Under the pieces are notes generated by a model. That model had not been told where the DNA came from. It saw only the letters and a program-made list of their open reading frames with translations, and did no database searches. A stretch of 64,000 bases of DNA. It comes from Malacoraja senta. Lineage: Eukaryota. Made by a program: the position numbers and the translations under genes. Below, piece by piece: positions 13,363 to 25,053 of this stretch; positions within the stretch are counted from its first letter, which is position 1, and each line of letters starts with the position of its first letter. Where the stretch lies: assembly GCA_038087875.1 (NCBI GenBank), contig CM075998.1:6450001-6514000 (forward strand). The letters run 5' to 3'.

Positions 13363-16300
13363 TAATAATAATAATAATACATTTTATTTATATAGCGCTT
13401 TTCAGGACTCAAAGTCGCTTTACATTGAGAGTCAGGAATAAACAAAACAAAATAGAGCAGTAAGACAGAGATGCAAAGGGGAGGGGAACATGGTACTAAG
13501 GGTATGCAGAGGTGAAGAGATGGGTCTTGAGGCGGGACTGGAAGATGGTGAGGGACTCGGAATTTCGGATCAGTTGTGGGAGGGAATTCCAGAGCCTGGG
13601 AGCTGCCCTGGGGAAGGCTCTGCCTCCAAAGGTGCAGAGGTTTGATTTTGGAGTGGAGAGGAGACCAGCTGATGTGGATCTGAGGGACCGTGAGGGTTGG
13701 TAGGGGGAGAGGAGGTCAGTGAGATAAGGGGGGGGGGGGCAAGTGGTTGAGGGCTTTGTAGGTGAGGACCAGGATTTTGTAGATGATCCGGTGGGAAATG
13801 GGAAGCCAGTGGAGTTCTTTGAGAACTGGGGTGATGTGGTGCCAGGATTTGGTGTGGGTAATGAGTCGGGCGGCTGCATTCTGGACCAGTTGGAGTCGGT
13901 TGATGTTGCTGGAATTGATGCCAAAGAGAAAAGAGTTACAGTAGTCCAGTCGGGAGGAGATGAAGGCATGGATGAGTCTTTCAGCAGCGGGGGGTGTGAG
14001 AGAGGATCTGATTTTGGCAATGTTGCGGAGGTGAAAAAATGATGTTTTGACAACATGGCGGATGTGAGGCTCAAGGGAGAGGGTTGAGTCAAAGATCATG
14101 CCAAGGTTGCGTGCCTGAGGAGATGGGGAGACAGTGGTGCCGTCAATAGTGAGAGTGGGGTTGTTAATTTTAGTGAGTGTTGATTTGGAGCCAATGAGGA
14201 GAAATTCTGTTTTGCTGCTGTTTAATTTAAGGAAGTTGAGTTGCATCCAAGATTTGATGGCTGATAGGCAGGAGTTAATATGGGAGAGAGGGGGGTGGTG
14301 GGGGGACTTGGTGCTGAGATAGATCTGGGTGTCATCAGCATAGCAGTAGAAGTCCAGGTTGAAGTGACGGAGTATATGACCAAGGGGGAGGATGTAGATG
14401 ATGAAGAGGAGGGGACCAAGAACGGAGCCTTGGGGAACGCCTTGAGTGACAGTGGCTGTGGCAGAGGTGTGGTTATGGAGAGAGATGAAGTGGGATCGGT
14501 TGGAAAGGTAGGAACGGAACCAGCTGAGTGCAGAACCTTCAATGCCAAGGTCCCTAAGTCTGGTGAGCAGGATGTTATGATTCACGGTATCGAAGGCTGC
14601 ACTCAGGTCGAGGAGGATGAGGATATTGAGGGAGCCAGTGTCAGCAGAGGTAAGGAGGTCATTGAGGACTTTGAGGAGAGCAGTTTCTGTGCTATGGAGG
14701 GGGCGAAAGCCAGATTGGAGGGGTTCGAATAGGTTATATGCGAGGAGGTGGGAATGAAGTTGTGACGCGACGATACGCTCCAGGGTTTTTGAAAGAAAGG
14801 GGAGGTTTGAGATAGGGCGGTAGTTAATGAGAGAGGAGGGATCAAGACCAGGTTTCTTTAAGATTGGTGTGGCAGCAGCAGTTTTGAAAGCAGAGGGGAC
14901 AATTCCTTGGGACAATGAGGAGTTGAAGAGAGTAGTGAGGTAGGGGCAGAGAGCGGGGAGGCAGGACTTCAGCAGGGGAGTGGGGAGAGGGTCGAGGGAG
15001 CAGGTAGTGGGTTTGGAAGAGCTGATGAGTTTGGAGATTTCAGTAGAGGTGACCGGGTCAAACTGGGAGAGGAAGCAGTGAAGGGGAGGGGTATGGAGAT
15101 CAGCGGAGATGTTGAAAGGAGGGGCCTTGGTAGGTGGTGGAGTAGATGCTGGGGAGTCAGGTACAGGGGATAAGGATTGATAGAAGGTACTGATGTTGTC
15201 AGCAAAAAAGTGGAGGAATGAGTTGCAGAGATCCGGAGTGGAGATAGGGAGTGTTGGCTCGAGGCTTGAGGAGGTTGCAGACTGTGGAGAAGAGGGTTCT
15301 GTGGTTTAGGCAGGGGTCAGTGAGTATGGAGGAGAGGTATGCAGATTTAGCAGCAATGAGGGCATCTTTGTAGGCAGTGAGGTGGAGTTTGTAAGCTTCA
15401 TGGTGGACTGTGAGAGGTGATTTCTTTATGAGTCGTTCAAGTCGGCGACCAGTCTGTTTCAGCTTACGAAGTGCAGGTGTGTACCAGGGTGAAGATTTAT
15501 TAAAAGTTACGGTTCTTGTTTTGAGGGGAGCCAGAGTGATAAGGGAGGTAGACAAGGTGGAATTGAGATGGTTTGTGAGATCATCAGGTGAGATGTGGGT
15601 TGAGTCCAGGGGGAGAGTGGTGGAGAGCAGGTCAGAGAGATGGTGAGGGTCGATGGATTTTAGATTACGGAAGGTGATTTCTCGGAGGAAGCGGGGGCGA
15701 GGTGTCGGAGAAGGGATGGTGAACCGTATAAGCTTATGATCAGAGAGGGGGAAGAGGCATGGATGGAGGTCGAGTACCGGTTGATTTGTGGAGCAGACCA
15801 GGTCAAGGATGTGACCTTTGTCATGAGTGGGAAAGGTGACGTGCTGAGTGAGAGAGAAGGTGTCAAGTAGAAAAGCGAATTCAGATGCGAACTTGCAGGT
15901 GGGGGAGTCCATATGAATGTTTAAGTCACCAAGTAGCAGCAGACGTGGGGTGAGAGATAAGTGTGAGGAATTCAGTGAAATCAGATAGGAAGGAGAGGTT
16001 TGGTTTAGGTGGCCGGTAAATGAGGATGACTGTCATGGAGGAAAGGGCTTTGAAGGCAAGGAATTCAAATGATGGTACTGGGGGGAGGGGGAGTTCAACG
16101 ATCGGAAAGTTCTGGTTGAAAATAACAGCGAGGCTGCCTCCATGGCGGGAGGGGCGGGGTTTGGAAATATAATTAAATCCAGATGGGGATGCTTAGTTGA
16201 GGGAGAAGAAGACATTGGGTTGTTGCCAGGTTTCAGTGAGCAGAAGGAAGTCAAGAGTGTTGTCAAGGATTAGTTCATGGAGGGCAAGGGCTTTGTTGTT

Positions 16301-17365
16301 GAGCAACCGGGTGTTGAGGAGGGCAAAGTTGGCATTGTGAGAGGGTGGAGGGATGGGGGCATGCTGGAGAGATCTGAGGTTGTCCCAGTTGACAGTGCAT
16401 ATGGTCAGCTGGGATGGGGGGTGACACGGTTGAGGGGGGGCAGAGCGTGGTAGTGAGCAGATGGATGGAATGGAATGTCCATGGCCGAAGCAAACAAGCA
16501 TGCGTCGAGAGCCTCTGTGGATGTAACGGGGTCGACGCAGAAGTCCAAACTGTTTAATGATTGGGATGCAGGATGGGGTGTGATTGTTGAAGAGACCAGT
16601 CAGCCGCAGAGCCGAGTATTTGAGCATGATGAGGAGCCCAAGCAACTGCAGGAAGCAGCAGAGAGGTTGTCCAGCGGTGAGGGCGCAGAGAGGTGTCCAG
16701 CAGAGAAGTCGAAGAGAGGTGTCCAGCAGCGATGGGTGTCCGGCAGCGAGGGCGCAGAGAGGTCGTCCAGCGGTGCAGGTGCAGAGAGGCATCCAGCGGT
16801 GCAGGTGGAGAGAGAAGCCAGCGGTGGGTGAGCAGAGAGGCCGTCCAGTAGAGCTGGTGCAGCGAGGTGTCCAGCAGTGCAGGTGCAGAGAGGCAGTCCA
16901 GCAGTGCAGGTGCAGGGGCCATCCAGCGGCACAGGTGCAGAGAGGCTGTCCAGGTTGGGGGTGCAGAGAGATCCAGCTGGTGCAGCGTTGCTGGTGCAGG
17001 GAGGTGTCCAGGGAGGTGTCCAGGGGGGTGTCCAGCGTCGATGGTGCACAGACAGGTAAGAGGTTACAAAAGAGGGGGGGGGGGGATGTCGGGCGGAGAA
17101 GCGGCAAACAGTCAACGCCAGCGTCCTCTCCAGGCAGCGTGCAGGGTTCTAGCGGCTAGCGGTGTAGGCCGCAGGGTGATCGATTCCACGGTTAGAAACG
17201 GCCAAACGCCGGAGACCACCGCAAGCGCCGGAGACCACCGCAACCTACAGTGGTCCCTCGTCGAGTGGTGGGTCGTGGCTTCGTCCGAGGTCGAATTTAC
17301 CGCAGTCGGCAAACTCGCTATAGGGAGTCGTCAATTCGACTCCGCTCCACTGCCGCCATTTTCCC
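13363..17365 (-). mobile_element. L2-clade LINE, apparently full-length, frameshifted
   Basis: RT ORF 13716..14915 (YRPISNLPFLSK, LLDLSAAFDTV, YADD, ISSRLDYCNS); endonuclease pieces in 15199..15912 and 16193..17107 (LLLTETW); 3' end AAAGCGCTATATAAATAAAATG(TAT)n; inserted in CR1 ORF1. Confidence 0.9.
16660..17040. repeat. Degenerate ~30-bp tandem repeats in the L2 5' region
   Basis: Recurring GCAGAGAGG(T/C)..TCCAGC(A/G)G / GGTGCAG units. Confidence 0.75.
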
Positions 17366-17653
17366 TATCATAGTCACCCACCTTCGCTCTTCCAGTATCC
17401 TTGGTGTGACAACGTCACTGTAGGTCCTGTCCAGGGAACTCTCATGTTCCAGGATGGCCCTGAGGTCATCCAGCTGCTGCTCCAGTTCCCCAACACGTTC
17501 ATTCAGGAGCTGCACCTGGACACAATTTCTGTAGGTGTAGTTGTCAGAAGCACCAGCGGTATCTCTGTCTTCCCACATCCTGCAGGAAACACACTGTAAC
17601 AACTTACCTGCCATTTCTTCAGTGGACAGAAAATAACAAATGTTGAGAGCTTA

Positions 17654-17746
17654 TGAAGAAGGGTTTCGGCCCGAAACGTTGCCTATTTCCTTCGCTCCAT
17701 AGATGCTGCTGCACCCGCTGAGTTTCTCCAGCATTTTTGTGTACCT
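17654..17746 (+). mobile_element. Penelope pLTR-derived mini-insertion with a hammerhead motif lacking its first C
   Basis: Near-identical to 11767-11858; 13-bp TSD TTGAGAGCTTATG at 17643-17655 and 17747-17759. Confidence 0.85.
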
Positions 17747-18006
17747 TTGAGAGCTTATGTCCTCCCTGTGCTGTTCTACGCTATTTCATTTCTTATTTAA
17801 GGCATAAGTGGTGTTTCTATTTCTCGTTCCAAAGTGCATCCACCTCAGATTGAAATACATTATATCCTAACCTGTTTAACCTTCCAATTTTCCAACATCT
17901 TCTCATCTTATAATCTCATTCTGTGTTAGTGTTTACCATACCCTCCAATTTGGCATTATCTACAAACTTTTATTTCAAGTTACACATCCCTAAACCATGT
18001 TTATTG

Positions 18007-21000
18007 TATATCTTTATTGTTATTTCCTGAGTATTCGCATACCCAGAGGAAACAAAAAAACGTTCCTCAACCAGTGTCCATTTCAGTGTGTGCAGTAAAA
18101 AATAAATAGAAGTAAAAATACATATATCATGAACAAATTAACACTCTACTCTACTAAACATCAACAGGCGTTCCGATCGGCAGCGGCACGACAGTGGCTC
18201 TGCTGCAGTGTGTCCAGGTTGGTGGTTGGTGCACGATACTTTGGCAGGGGACAAAGTCCGTTTATCAGTCTTATACCCTGCGGGAAGAAGCTGAGGAGCA
18301 TCCTGCTGGTTTTGCACCTAATGCTCCGGTACCTCTTCCCAGATGGCAGGATGGAGAATATGTGATGGGATGGGTGGTAGGGGTCTTTGATGATGGAGAT
18401 GGCTCTGCTGATACATCTCTTCCTGTATATGTCCAGCAGGAAAGGGAGTGGAGCACCAATAATCCTGCTGGCGGTCTTCACAATCCTGTCTAGTTGGTGC
18501 CGTTCTGTTGGGCAAGATGGCGGCGCGATCGGAGTTTGTAGCGGCCTCTCCCAGTGAAAGTTCGGTGTTTTCGTGTGTTTTTGAAGCGAGTGGTGTGTAT
18601 GAAGAGTGTGTGTCGGAGGAGTGTGTGTATGTGCGTAAGTACGAGCGGCAGGTCCTTTTAAAAATCGGCAACAAGGCTTCTTGTTGCAACATTAACTTAC
18701 GGAGCGTCCTGGTGGAGCTGAGACTTCTGCGTCGCGTAGGCCCACGGAGGTGCCCACGGAGGTGCGCAGGCCCATGGAGAGCCGCGGCTGCACCCGCACC
18801 TGGAGCAACGCTGGTGGGGAAATATCGCAAGCGGTGTAGCAGGGGGCAGAAGCGGGGGAAGCGCGCAGGAGCCTACGCTAGGCTAAACGCGAACCCTCAT
18901 AAACCGGCAGTGCCTACAGTTGGCAAATGTCCGCTCCCTCGACAACAAGATGGACTACCTCAGAGCGTGGAGAGCCTCCCAACGAAGCGTGAAGAACTGC
19001 TGTGTCTACGTCCTAATGGAGACCTGGCTGAATCAGAACATCACAGACGCTGCGATCCAGTTGGAGGGACTTATGCTATACAGAGCTGATAGAGTAGCTT
19101 CGCTAGCTGGTAAGGCAAGAGGAGGGGGGCTGGCTGTATATGTGAACAGATCATGGTGCCGGGATGCTGTGATGACTTCCACTTACTGCTCACCCCATGT
19201 AGAGCTAATGACTGTGAAATGCCGACCCTTCTACTTACCCAGGGAGCTAACGGCAGTCTTCATAACGGCCGTCTATGTACCACCGAGCACGGACGTGAAG
19301 GATGCTATGACAGAACTCTATAACAACATCAGTGAGCAGCAGAGGGAACATCCAGATGCTTTCTTCATGGCAGCTGGGGATTTCAACCAGGCAAGTCTTA
19401 CATCTGTTCTGCCTAAATTTTACCAGCATGTGAACATTGCAACCAGGGGAAAGAACAAACTAGATCTGGTGTACACCAACATTAAAGATGCATATAGAGC
19501 AGCCCCCCACCCCCATATCGGCAACTCTGACCACCTGGCGGTTATGCTCACACCTGCATACAGACCCAGGGTGAAACAGGACAGGCCAACGGTCAAAGAA
19601 GTCAGAACATGGCCACAGGGAGCTACCGCAGCACTACAAGACTGTTTTGAAACCACACAGTGGGCCATTTTCAGGGAGGCAGCAACAGATGACAGTAGCA
19701 TCAACCTCCAAGAATACACAGAATCCGTCATCGGCTACATCAATAAATGCATTGATGATGTAACGGTGGTAAAAACCATTAGGAGGCGTGCCAATCAGAA
19801 ACCTTGGCTAACTGGGGAAGTGTGTTCCCTACTGAGAATCCGGAATGCTGCATTCAAATCTGGGGACAACGCAGCATACAAACTGGCAAGGTGTAACCTA
19901 TCCCGGGGGATCAGGGAAGCGAAGAGGCTGTATGGACAAAAACTAAACAGCCACTTCGCAAATGACAAAGACACACGTCGCTTGTGGCAGGGATTTCATA
20001 CCATCACGGACTACAAGCCCCCCCCGCTGCGGATATGCCAAAACGACCCCTCTCTACCAGATGAACTGAACGAGTTCTACGCTCGGTTTGAGGTTGGAAA
20101 CACCACCCAGACACGTGCACTACTGCCATCTCCCAATGACCAGTCGCTCAGGCTGTCCACAGCCGGAGTTAAAAAGGCCTTTGCCAGCATCAACCCACGC
20201 AAAGCTGCAGGGCCGGACAACATTCCTGGATGCGTCTTTAGAGACTGCGCCGAGCAACTGAAAGATGTTTTCACAGACATTTTTAACATCTCACTCAGCC
20301 AGGCAGTAGTGCCCAACTGTCTTAAGAGTGCCACCATCGTCCCTGTCCCGAAGAAACCAAACCCAGCCTGCCATAATGACTTTCGACCAGTGGCTCTAAC
20401 ACCCATAGTAATGAAGTGTTTTCAGCGACTGGTTATGCAGCATATCAAAAATAGTCTACCTGCCGACCTAGACCCACTGCAGTTCGCCTACAGAGCCAAC
20501 CGATCCACAGAGGACGCAGTCTCAACAACACTGAACCTCGTACTGTCACACCTTGATCGGAAAAATACTTATGCCAGGATCCTCTTCATAGACTTCAGCT
20601 CTGCTTTTAATACAATCATTCCGCAGCAGTTGGTGGAGAAGTTGGAGCTATTGGGAGTTGATGCTGGCACATGTAACTGGGTCCTGAGCTTTCTGTCTCA
20701 ACGGCAGCAGACAGTCAGGGTGGGCAGTATGACATCAAAAACCATAGCCGTGAGCACTGGCTCGCCCCAAGGCTGTGTCCTAAGCCCCCTGCTGTTTAGT
20801 CTGCTAACACACGACTGTACTGCTAGACTCAACAACAACTTCATCAACAAGTTCGCTGATGACACAACAGTGGTGGGTCTCATCAGTGACAATGATGAGT
20901 CGGCGTACAGGATGGAGGTGGAGCTGCTCACAGGATGGTGCAAATCCCACAACCTCATTCTCAACGTGGGAAAAACGAAGGAGATGGTGGTTGACTTCAG

Positions 21001-21256
21001 GAGGGCGGGAAAACAACACCATACACCTCTGCACATCGATGGAGCTGATGTGGAAAGGGTCAACAGCGTGAAGTTCCTAGGACTCCACCTGTCAGATGAC
21101 CTGACGTCCACGACCAACACCACAGCACTGGTCAAGAGAGCCCAGCAGCGACTACACCCTCTCCAAAGACTGCGTAAAGCAGGTCTCCCCACTACACACC
21201 TACGAACTTTTTATAGGGGGACAATCGAGAGCACATTAACCTACGGCATCACTTCC
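18007..21256. mobile_element. Rex1/Babar-clade LINE with inverted structure (3' end on - strand at 18007-18505, remainder on + strand)
   Basis: The + ORF ends ...[11 protein letters not shown] at ~21256. Its continuation ERHQLDRIVKTASRIIGAPLP...SFFPQGIRLIN lies on the - strand at 18161-18505. Candidate TSD TTTATTG at 18000-18006 and 21257-21263. Confidence 0.88.
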
Positions 21257-21280
21257 TTTATTGGCTTAAATTACAAATAA
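18920..21280 (+). CDS. Rex1/Babar APE endonuclease-reverse transcriptase ORF (786 aa open, C-terminus displaced)
   Basis: [58 protein letters not shown]. Confidence 0.9.
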   Translation: MANVRSLDNKMDYLRAWRASQRSVKNCCVYVLMETWLNQNITDAAIQLEGLMLYRADRVASLAGKARGGGLAVYVNRSWCRDAVMTSTYCSPHVELMTVKCRPFYLPRELTAVFITAVYVPPSTDVKDAMTELYNNISEQQREHPDAFFMAAGDFNQASLTSVLPKFYQHVNIATRGKNKLDLVYTNIKDAYRAAPHPHIGNSDHLAVMLTPAYRPRVKQDRPTVKEVRTWPQGATAALQDCFETTQWAIFREAATDDSSINLQEYTESVIGYINKCIDDVTVVKTIRRRANQKPWLTGEVCSLLRIRNAAFKSGDNAAYKLARCNLSRGIREAKRLYGQKLNSHFANDKDTRRLWQGFHTITDYKPPPLRICQNDPSLPDELNEFYARFEVGNTTQTRALLPSPNDQSLRLSTAGVKKAFASINPRKAAGPDNIPGCVFRDCAEQLKDVFTDIFNISLSQAVVPNCLKSATIVPVPKKPNPACHNDFRPVALTPIVMKCFQRLVMQHIKNSLPADLDPLQFAYRANRSTEDAVSTTLNLVLSHLDRKNTYARILFIDFSSAFNTIIPQQLVEKLELLGVDAGTCNWVLSFLSQRQQTVRVGSMTSKTIAVSTGSPQGCVLSPLLFSLLTHDCTARLNNNFINKFADDTTVVGLISDNDESAYRMEVELLTGWCKSHNLILNVGKTKEMVVDFRRAGKQHHTPLHIDGADVERVNSVKFLGLHLSDDLTSTTNTTALVKRAQQRLHPLQRLRKAGLPTTHLRTFYRGTIESTLTYGITSFIGLNYK

Positions 21281-21767
21281 CACCCCTGTGGAGCATTCTT
21301 TCTACTTCCCACCAATCCCAGTAATGACCATTTACTCATATCCCCACCCCAATTTCAATGTTTTTACTGATTTCCTATGTATTTCACTATTTGTCCCCTT
21401 AGTCCACATATTCACACTTTTATCAGGTATCCACTGTGATACCAAAGATCTTTTTAAGATCCAAAAACATGACATTAGTTACATTAACCTTGTTGATTCT
21501 TTCCATTACCTCTTCAATGGTTTATTGGGTTTGTTGCACATGATTTACCTTTCTGAAAAAATTATATTTTGCCTCTGGATGCTTTTTTATGACCACTTAC
21601 TAGCATATTTTCCAATGTCGTTCTGCACATTTCAAGAGTCTGGTCTACAGTTTCATTCCATCTCCTACTTGTATAAAGGAACATTAACTTTCACCAGAAC
21701 TCAGTCAGTACTTCCTCAACTATGGAGCTGTATCAACGAGAGATGCGACACCAAGGTTACAGTATAA

Positions 21768-22626
21768 TTGAAATTGAATTGAATTAGACTTTATTAATCC
21801 CCTTATTCAGGGGAAATTCAGATGTCCTTGCAGCACACCAATAAAAATACAACATAGCATTCAAAAAGAAGTTCAACACCAAAACACAAAAACACCCCCC
21901 CACAGTGGTCCCCACTGTGGGGGCAGGCACAAAGTCCAGTCCCCATCCTCTTGTCCACCCAGAGTCGGGCCTATTGAGGCCTCCACAGTCGCCGCCACGG
22001 CGCCCGATGTTCTCGCCGGGTGATGGTACTCCGGCATCGGGAGAACCCCCAGCGGCTTGGAGTGCCAGGAACGGCCGCATTCCCACCGGAGACCGCGGCT
22101 TCCAAGCCAACAGACTGCGCTGGACGGAGCCCCACACACTGGCGATCTCAGCGAGAGATCCCAGGCTCCGGGATGTAACGTTCAGCGTCGCAGCTGGCCG
22201 CTCCACAGAACCGCGGCTCCATGATGTTCTCATCGGCGGTCCCAGCATACTGGAGTTCCAGCGCGGCGGTCCAGGAAAGGCATCGTCCGCTCCACGACAG
22301 CGCTCCAGCGCTGCACCGCCGCCAAAGCCGATGTTCTGCGCCGCCGCCAAAGCCGATGTTCTGGCCAGGTCCCCTCAGGGAAACGTCGCTCCAGGACCCG
22401 CTGGTAGGCCGCAAGGACAGGTCGAAGGCGCTGCTCGGAGGAAGGCAACCCCTCCGACCAGGTAGGGACTCGAAAAGCAGTTTCCCCCTCCCCCCCCCAC
22501 CACCCCCCACACATAAAAAGATTAGGCCCCCTGACTGCACACTCAACGTACTAAAAATAATAAAAAAGAAGGGGAAAAAACGGACAGCTGCAGGACAGGC
22601 AGCCATTCAGGACAGCGCCTCCTCCT
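21768..22626 (-). mobile_element. Probable non-autonomous LINE-dependent element, ~860 bp, GC-rich
   Basis: The - strand ends GGGGATTAATAAAGTCTAATTCAATTCAATT (poly-A signal plus short tandem tail); CpG-rich body; internal ~23-bp duplication at 22317-22363; no recognisable protein. Confidence 0.6.
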
Positions 22627-22877
22627 GATATCAATCCATTCACTATTAGAAAAGCTTTATGCGCTTATGGATATTTTACAGGTTCCAGGTTTCCAACATT
22701 GTCCAAGGTGGACAACTCATAACGATTGAGAGACTTTCACCACTCACTCACACCCGTTGTTTTTACACGAACAAGGCTGAACAAGGATATTATTCCTGCT
22801 GAACACCTTTGCTCAGTCCGTCTTGTTCGACCTGATCTCCCGGTTGCCAAACACTTTAACTCCCCCTCCCATTCCCA

Positions 22878-25053
22878 TACATAGATACATAGATACATAG
22901 AAAATAGGTGCAGGAGTAGGCCATTCGGCCCTTCGAGCCTGCACCGCCATTCAATACGATCATGGCTGATCATCCAACTCAGTATCCCGTACCTGCCTTC
23001 TCTCCATACCCCCTGACCCCTTTAGCCACAAGGGCCACATCTAATTCCCTCTTAAATATAGCCAATGAACTGGCCTCAACTACCCTCTGTGGCAGAGAGT
23101 TCCAGAGATTCACCACTCTCTGTGTGAAAAAGTTTTTCCTCATCTCGGTCTTAAAGGATTTCCCCCTTATCCTTAAGCTGTGACCCCTTGTCCTGGACTT
23201 CCCCAACATCGGGAACAATCTTCCTGCATCTAGCCTGTCCAACCCCATAAGAATTTTGTACGTTTCTATAAGATCCCCTCTCAATCTCCTAAATTCTAGA
23301 GAGTATAAGCCAAGTCTATCCAGTCTTTCTTCATATGAAAGTCCTGACATCCCAGGAATCAGTCTGGTGAACCTTCTCTGCACTCCCTCTATGGCTATAA
23401 TGTCCTTCCTCAGATTTGGAGACCAAAACTGTACGCAATACTCCAGGTGTGGTCTCACCAAGACCCTGTACAACTGCAGTAGAACCTCCCTGCTCCTATA
23501 CTCAAATCCTCTTGCTATGAAGGCCAACATACCATTCGCTTTCTTCACTGCCTGCTGCACCTGCATGCCTACTTTCAATGACTGGTGTACCATGACACCC
23601 AGGTCTCGCTGCATCTCCCCATTTCCTAATCGGCCACCATTTAGATAATAGTCTGCCTTCCCGTTTTTGCTACCAAAGTGGATAACCTCACATTTATCCA
23701 CATTATACTGCATCTGCCAAACATTTGCCCACTCACCCAGCCTATCCAAGTCACCCTGCAGTCTCCTAGCATCCTCCTCACAGCTAACATGGCCCCCCAG
23801 CTTAGTGTCATCCGCAAACTTGGAGATATTGCCTTCAATTCCCTCATCCAGATCATTAATATATATTGTAAATAGCTGGGGTCCCAGCACTGAGCCTTGC
23901 GGTACCCCACTAGTCACTGGCTGCCATTGTGAAAAGGACCCGTTTACTCCTACTCTTTGCTTCCTGTTTGCCAGCCAGTTCTCTATCCACATCAATACTG
24001 AACCCCCAATACCGTGTGATTTAAGTTTGTATCCTAATCTCTTATGTGGTACCTTGTCGAAAGCCTTCTGAAAGTCCAGATACAACACATCCACTGGTTC
24101 TCCCCTATCCACTCTACTAGTTACATCCTCGAAAAATTCTATAAGATTCGTCAGACACGATTTACCTTTCGTAAATCCATGCTGACTTTGTCCAATGATT
24201 TCACCACTTTCCAAATGTGCTGCTATCCCATCTTTAATAACTGACTCTAGCAGTTTCCCCACTACCGATGTTAGACTAACTGGTCTGTAATTCCCCGTTT
24301 TCTCTCTCCCTCCCTTCTTAAAAAGTGGGGTTACGTTTGCTACCCTCCAATCCTCAGGAACTACTCCAGAATCTAAAGAGTTTTGAAAAATTATCACTAA
24401 TGCATCCACTATTTCTGGAGCTACTTCCTTAAGTACTCTGGGATGCAGCCTATCTGGCCCTGGTGATTTATCGGCCTTTAATCCATTCAATTTACCCAAC
24501 ACCACTTCCCGACTAACCTGGATTTCACTCAGTTCCTCCATCTCCTTTGACCCGCGGCCCCCTGCTATTTCCGGCAGATTATTTATGTCTTCCTTAGTGA
24601 AGACGGAACCAAAGTAGTTATTCAATTGGTCTGCCATATCCTTGTTCCCCATGATCAATTCACCTGTTTCTGACTGCAAGGGACCTACATTTGATTTAAC
24701 TAATCTCTTTCTCTTCACATATCTATAAAAACTTTTGCAGTCAGTTTTTATGTTCCCTGCCAGTTTCCTTTCATAATCTATTTTCCCTTTCCTAATTAAG
24801 CCCTTTGTCCTCCTCTGCTGGTCTCTGAATTTCTCCCAGTCCTCTGGTATGCTGCTTTTTCTGGCTAATTTGTACGCATCATCTTTTGCTTTGATACTAT
24901 CCCTGATTTCCCTTGTTATCCACGGATGCACTACCTTCCTTGATTTATTCTTTTGCCAAACTGGGATGAACAATTTTTGTAGTTCATCCATGCAGTCTTT
25001 AAATGCCTTCCATTGCATATCCACCGTCAACCCTTTTAGAACTAATTGCCAGT
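22878..25053 (-). mobile_element. Young 5'-truncated CR1 with an uninterrupted RT reading frame
   Basis: ORF 22979..25117 is open through all RT motifs to the natural stop; (ATAGATAC)n tail; very similar to the 6532-9833 copy. Confidence 0.95.

Larger units (their letters stand above)
2737..17640 (-). mobile_element. Near full-length decayed CR1 that hosts the Gypsy, pLTR mini-element and L2 insertions
   Basis: Collinear pieces: 3' end 2737-3151, RT 10757-11750, endonuclease ~11870-13090, ORF1 remnants 13140-13360 and 17366-17614 (MAGKLLQCVSCRMWE...LEQQLDDL). The interrupted site TATAGCTCACACCCTCTAGTCCTGG is intact in the related copy at ~46120-46145. Confidence 0.88.

Noticed and set aside
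16475..17373. Cys/Gln/Arg-rich ORFs as keratin-associated or metallothionein-like proteins
   Set aside because: They are translations of the degenerate tandem repeat in the L2 leader.
21784..22628. Overlapping 135-188 aa ORFs as a host gene
   Set aside because: GC-rich sequence is open in most frames, has no recognisable domain, and ends in a retroelement-like tail.
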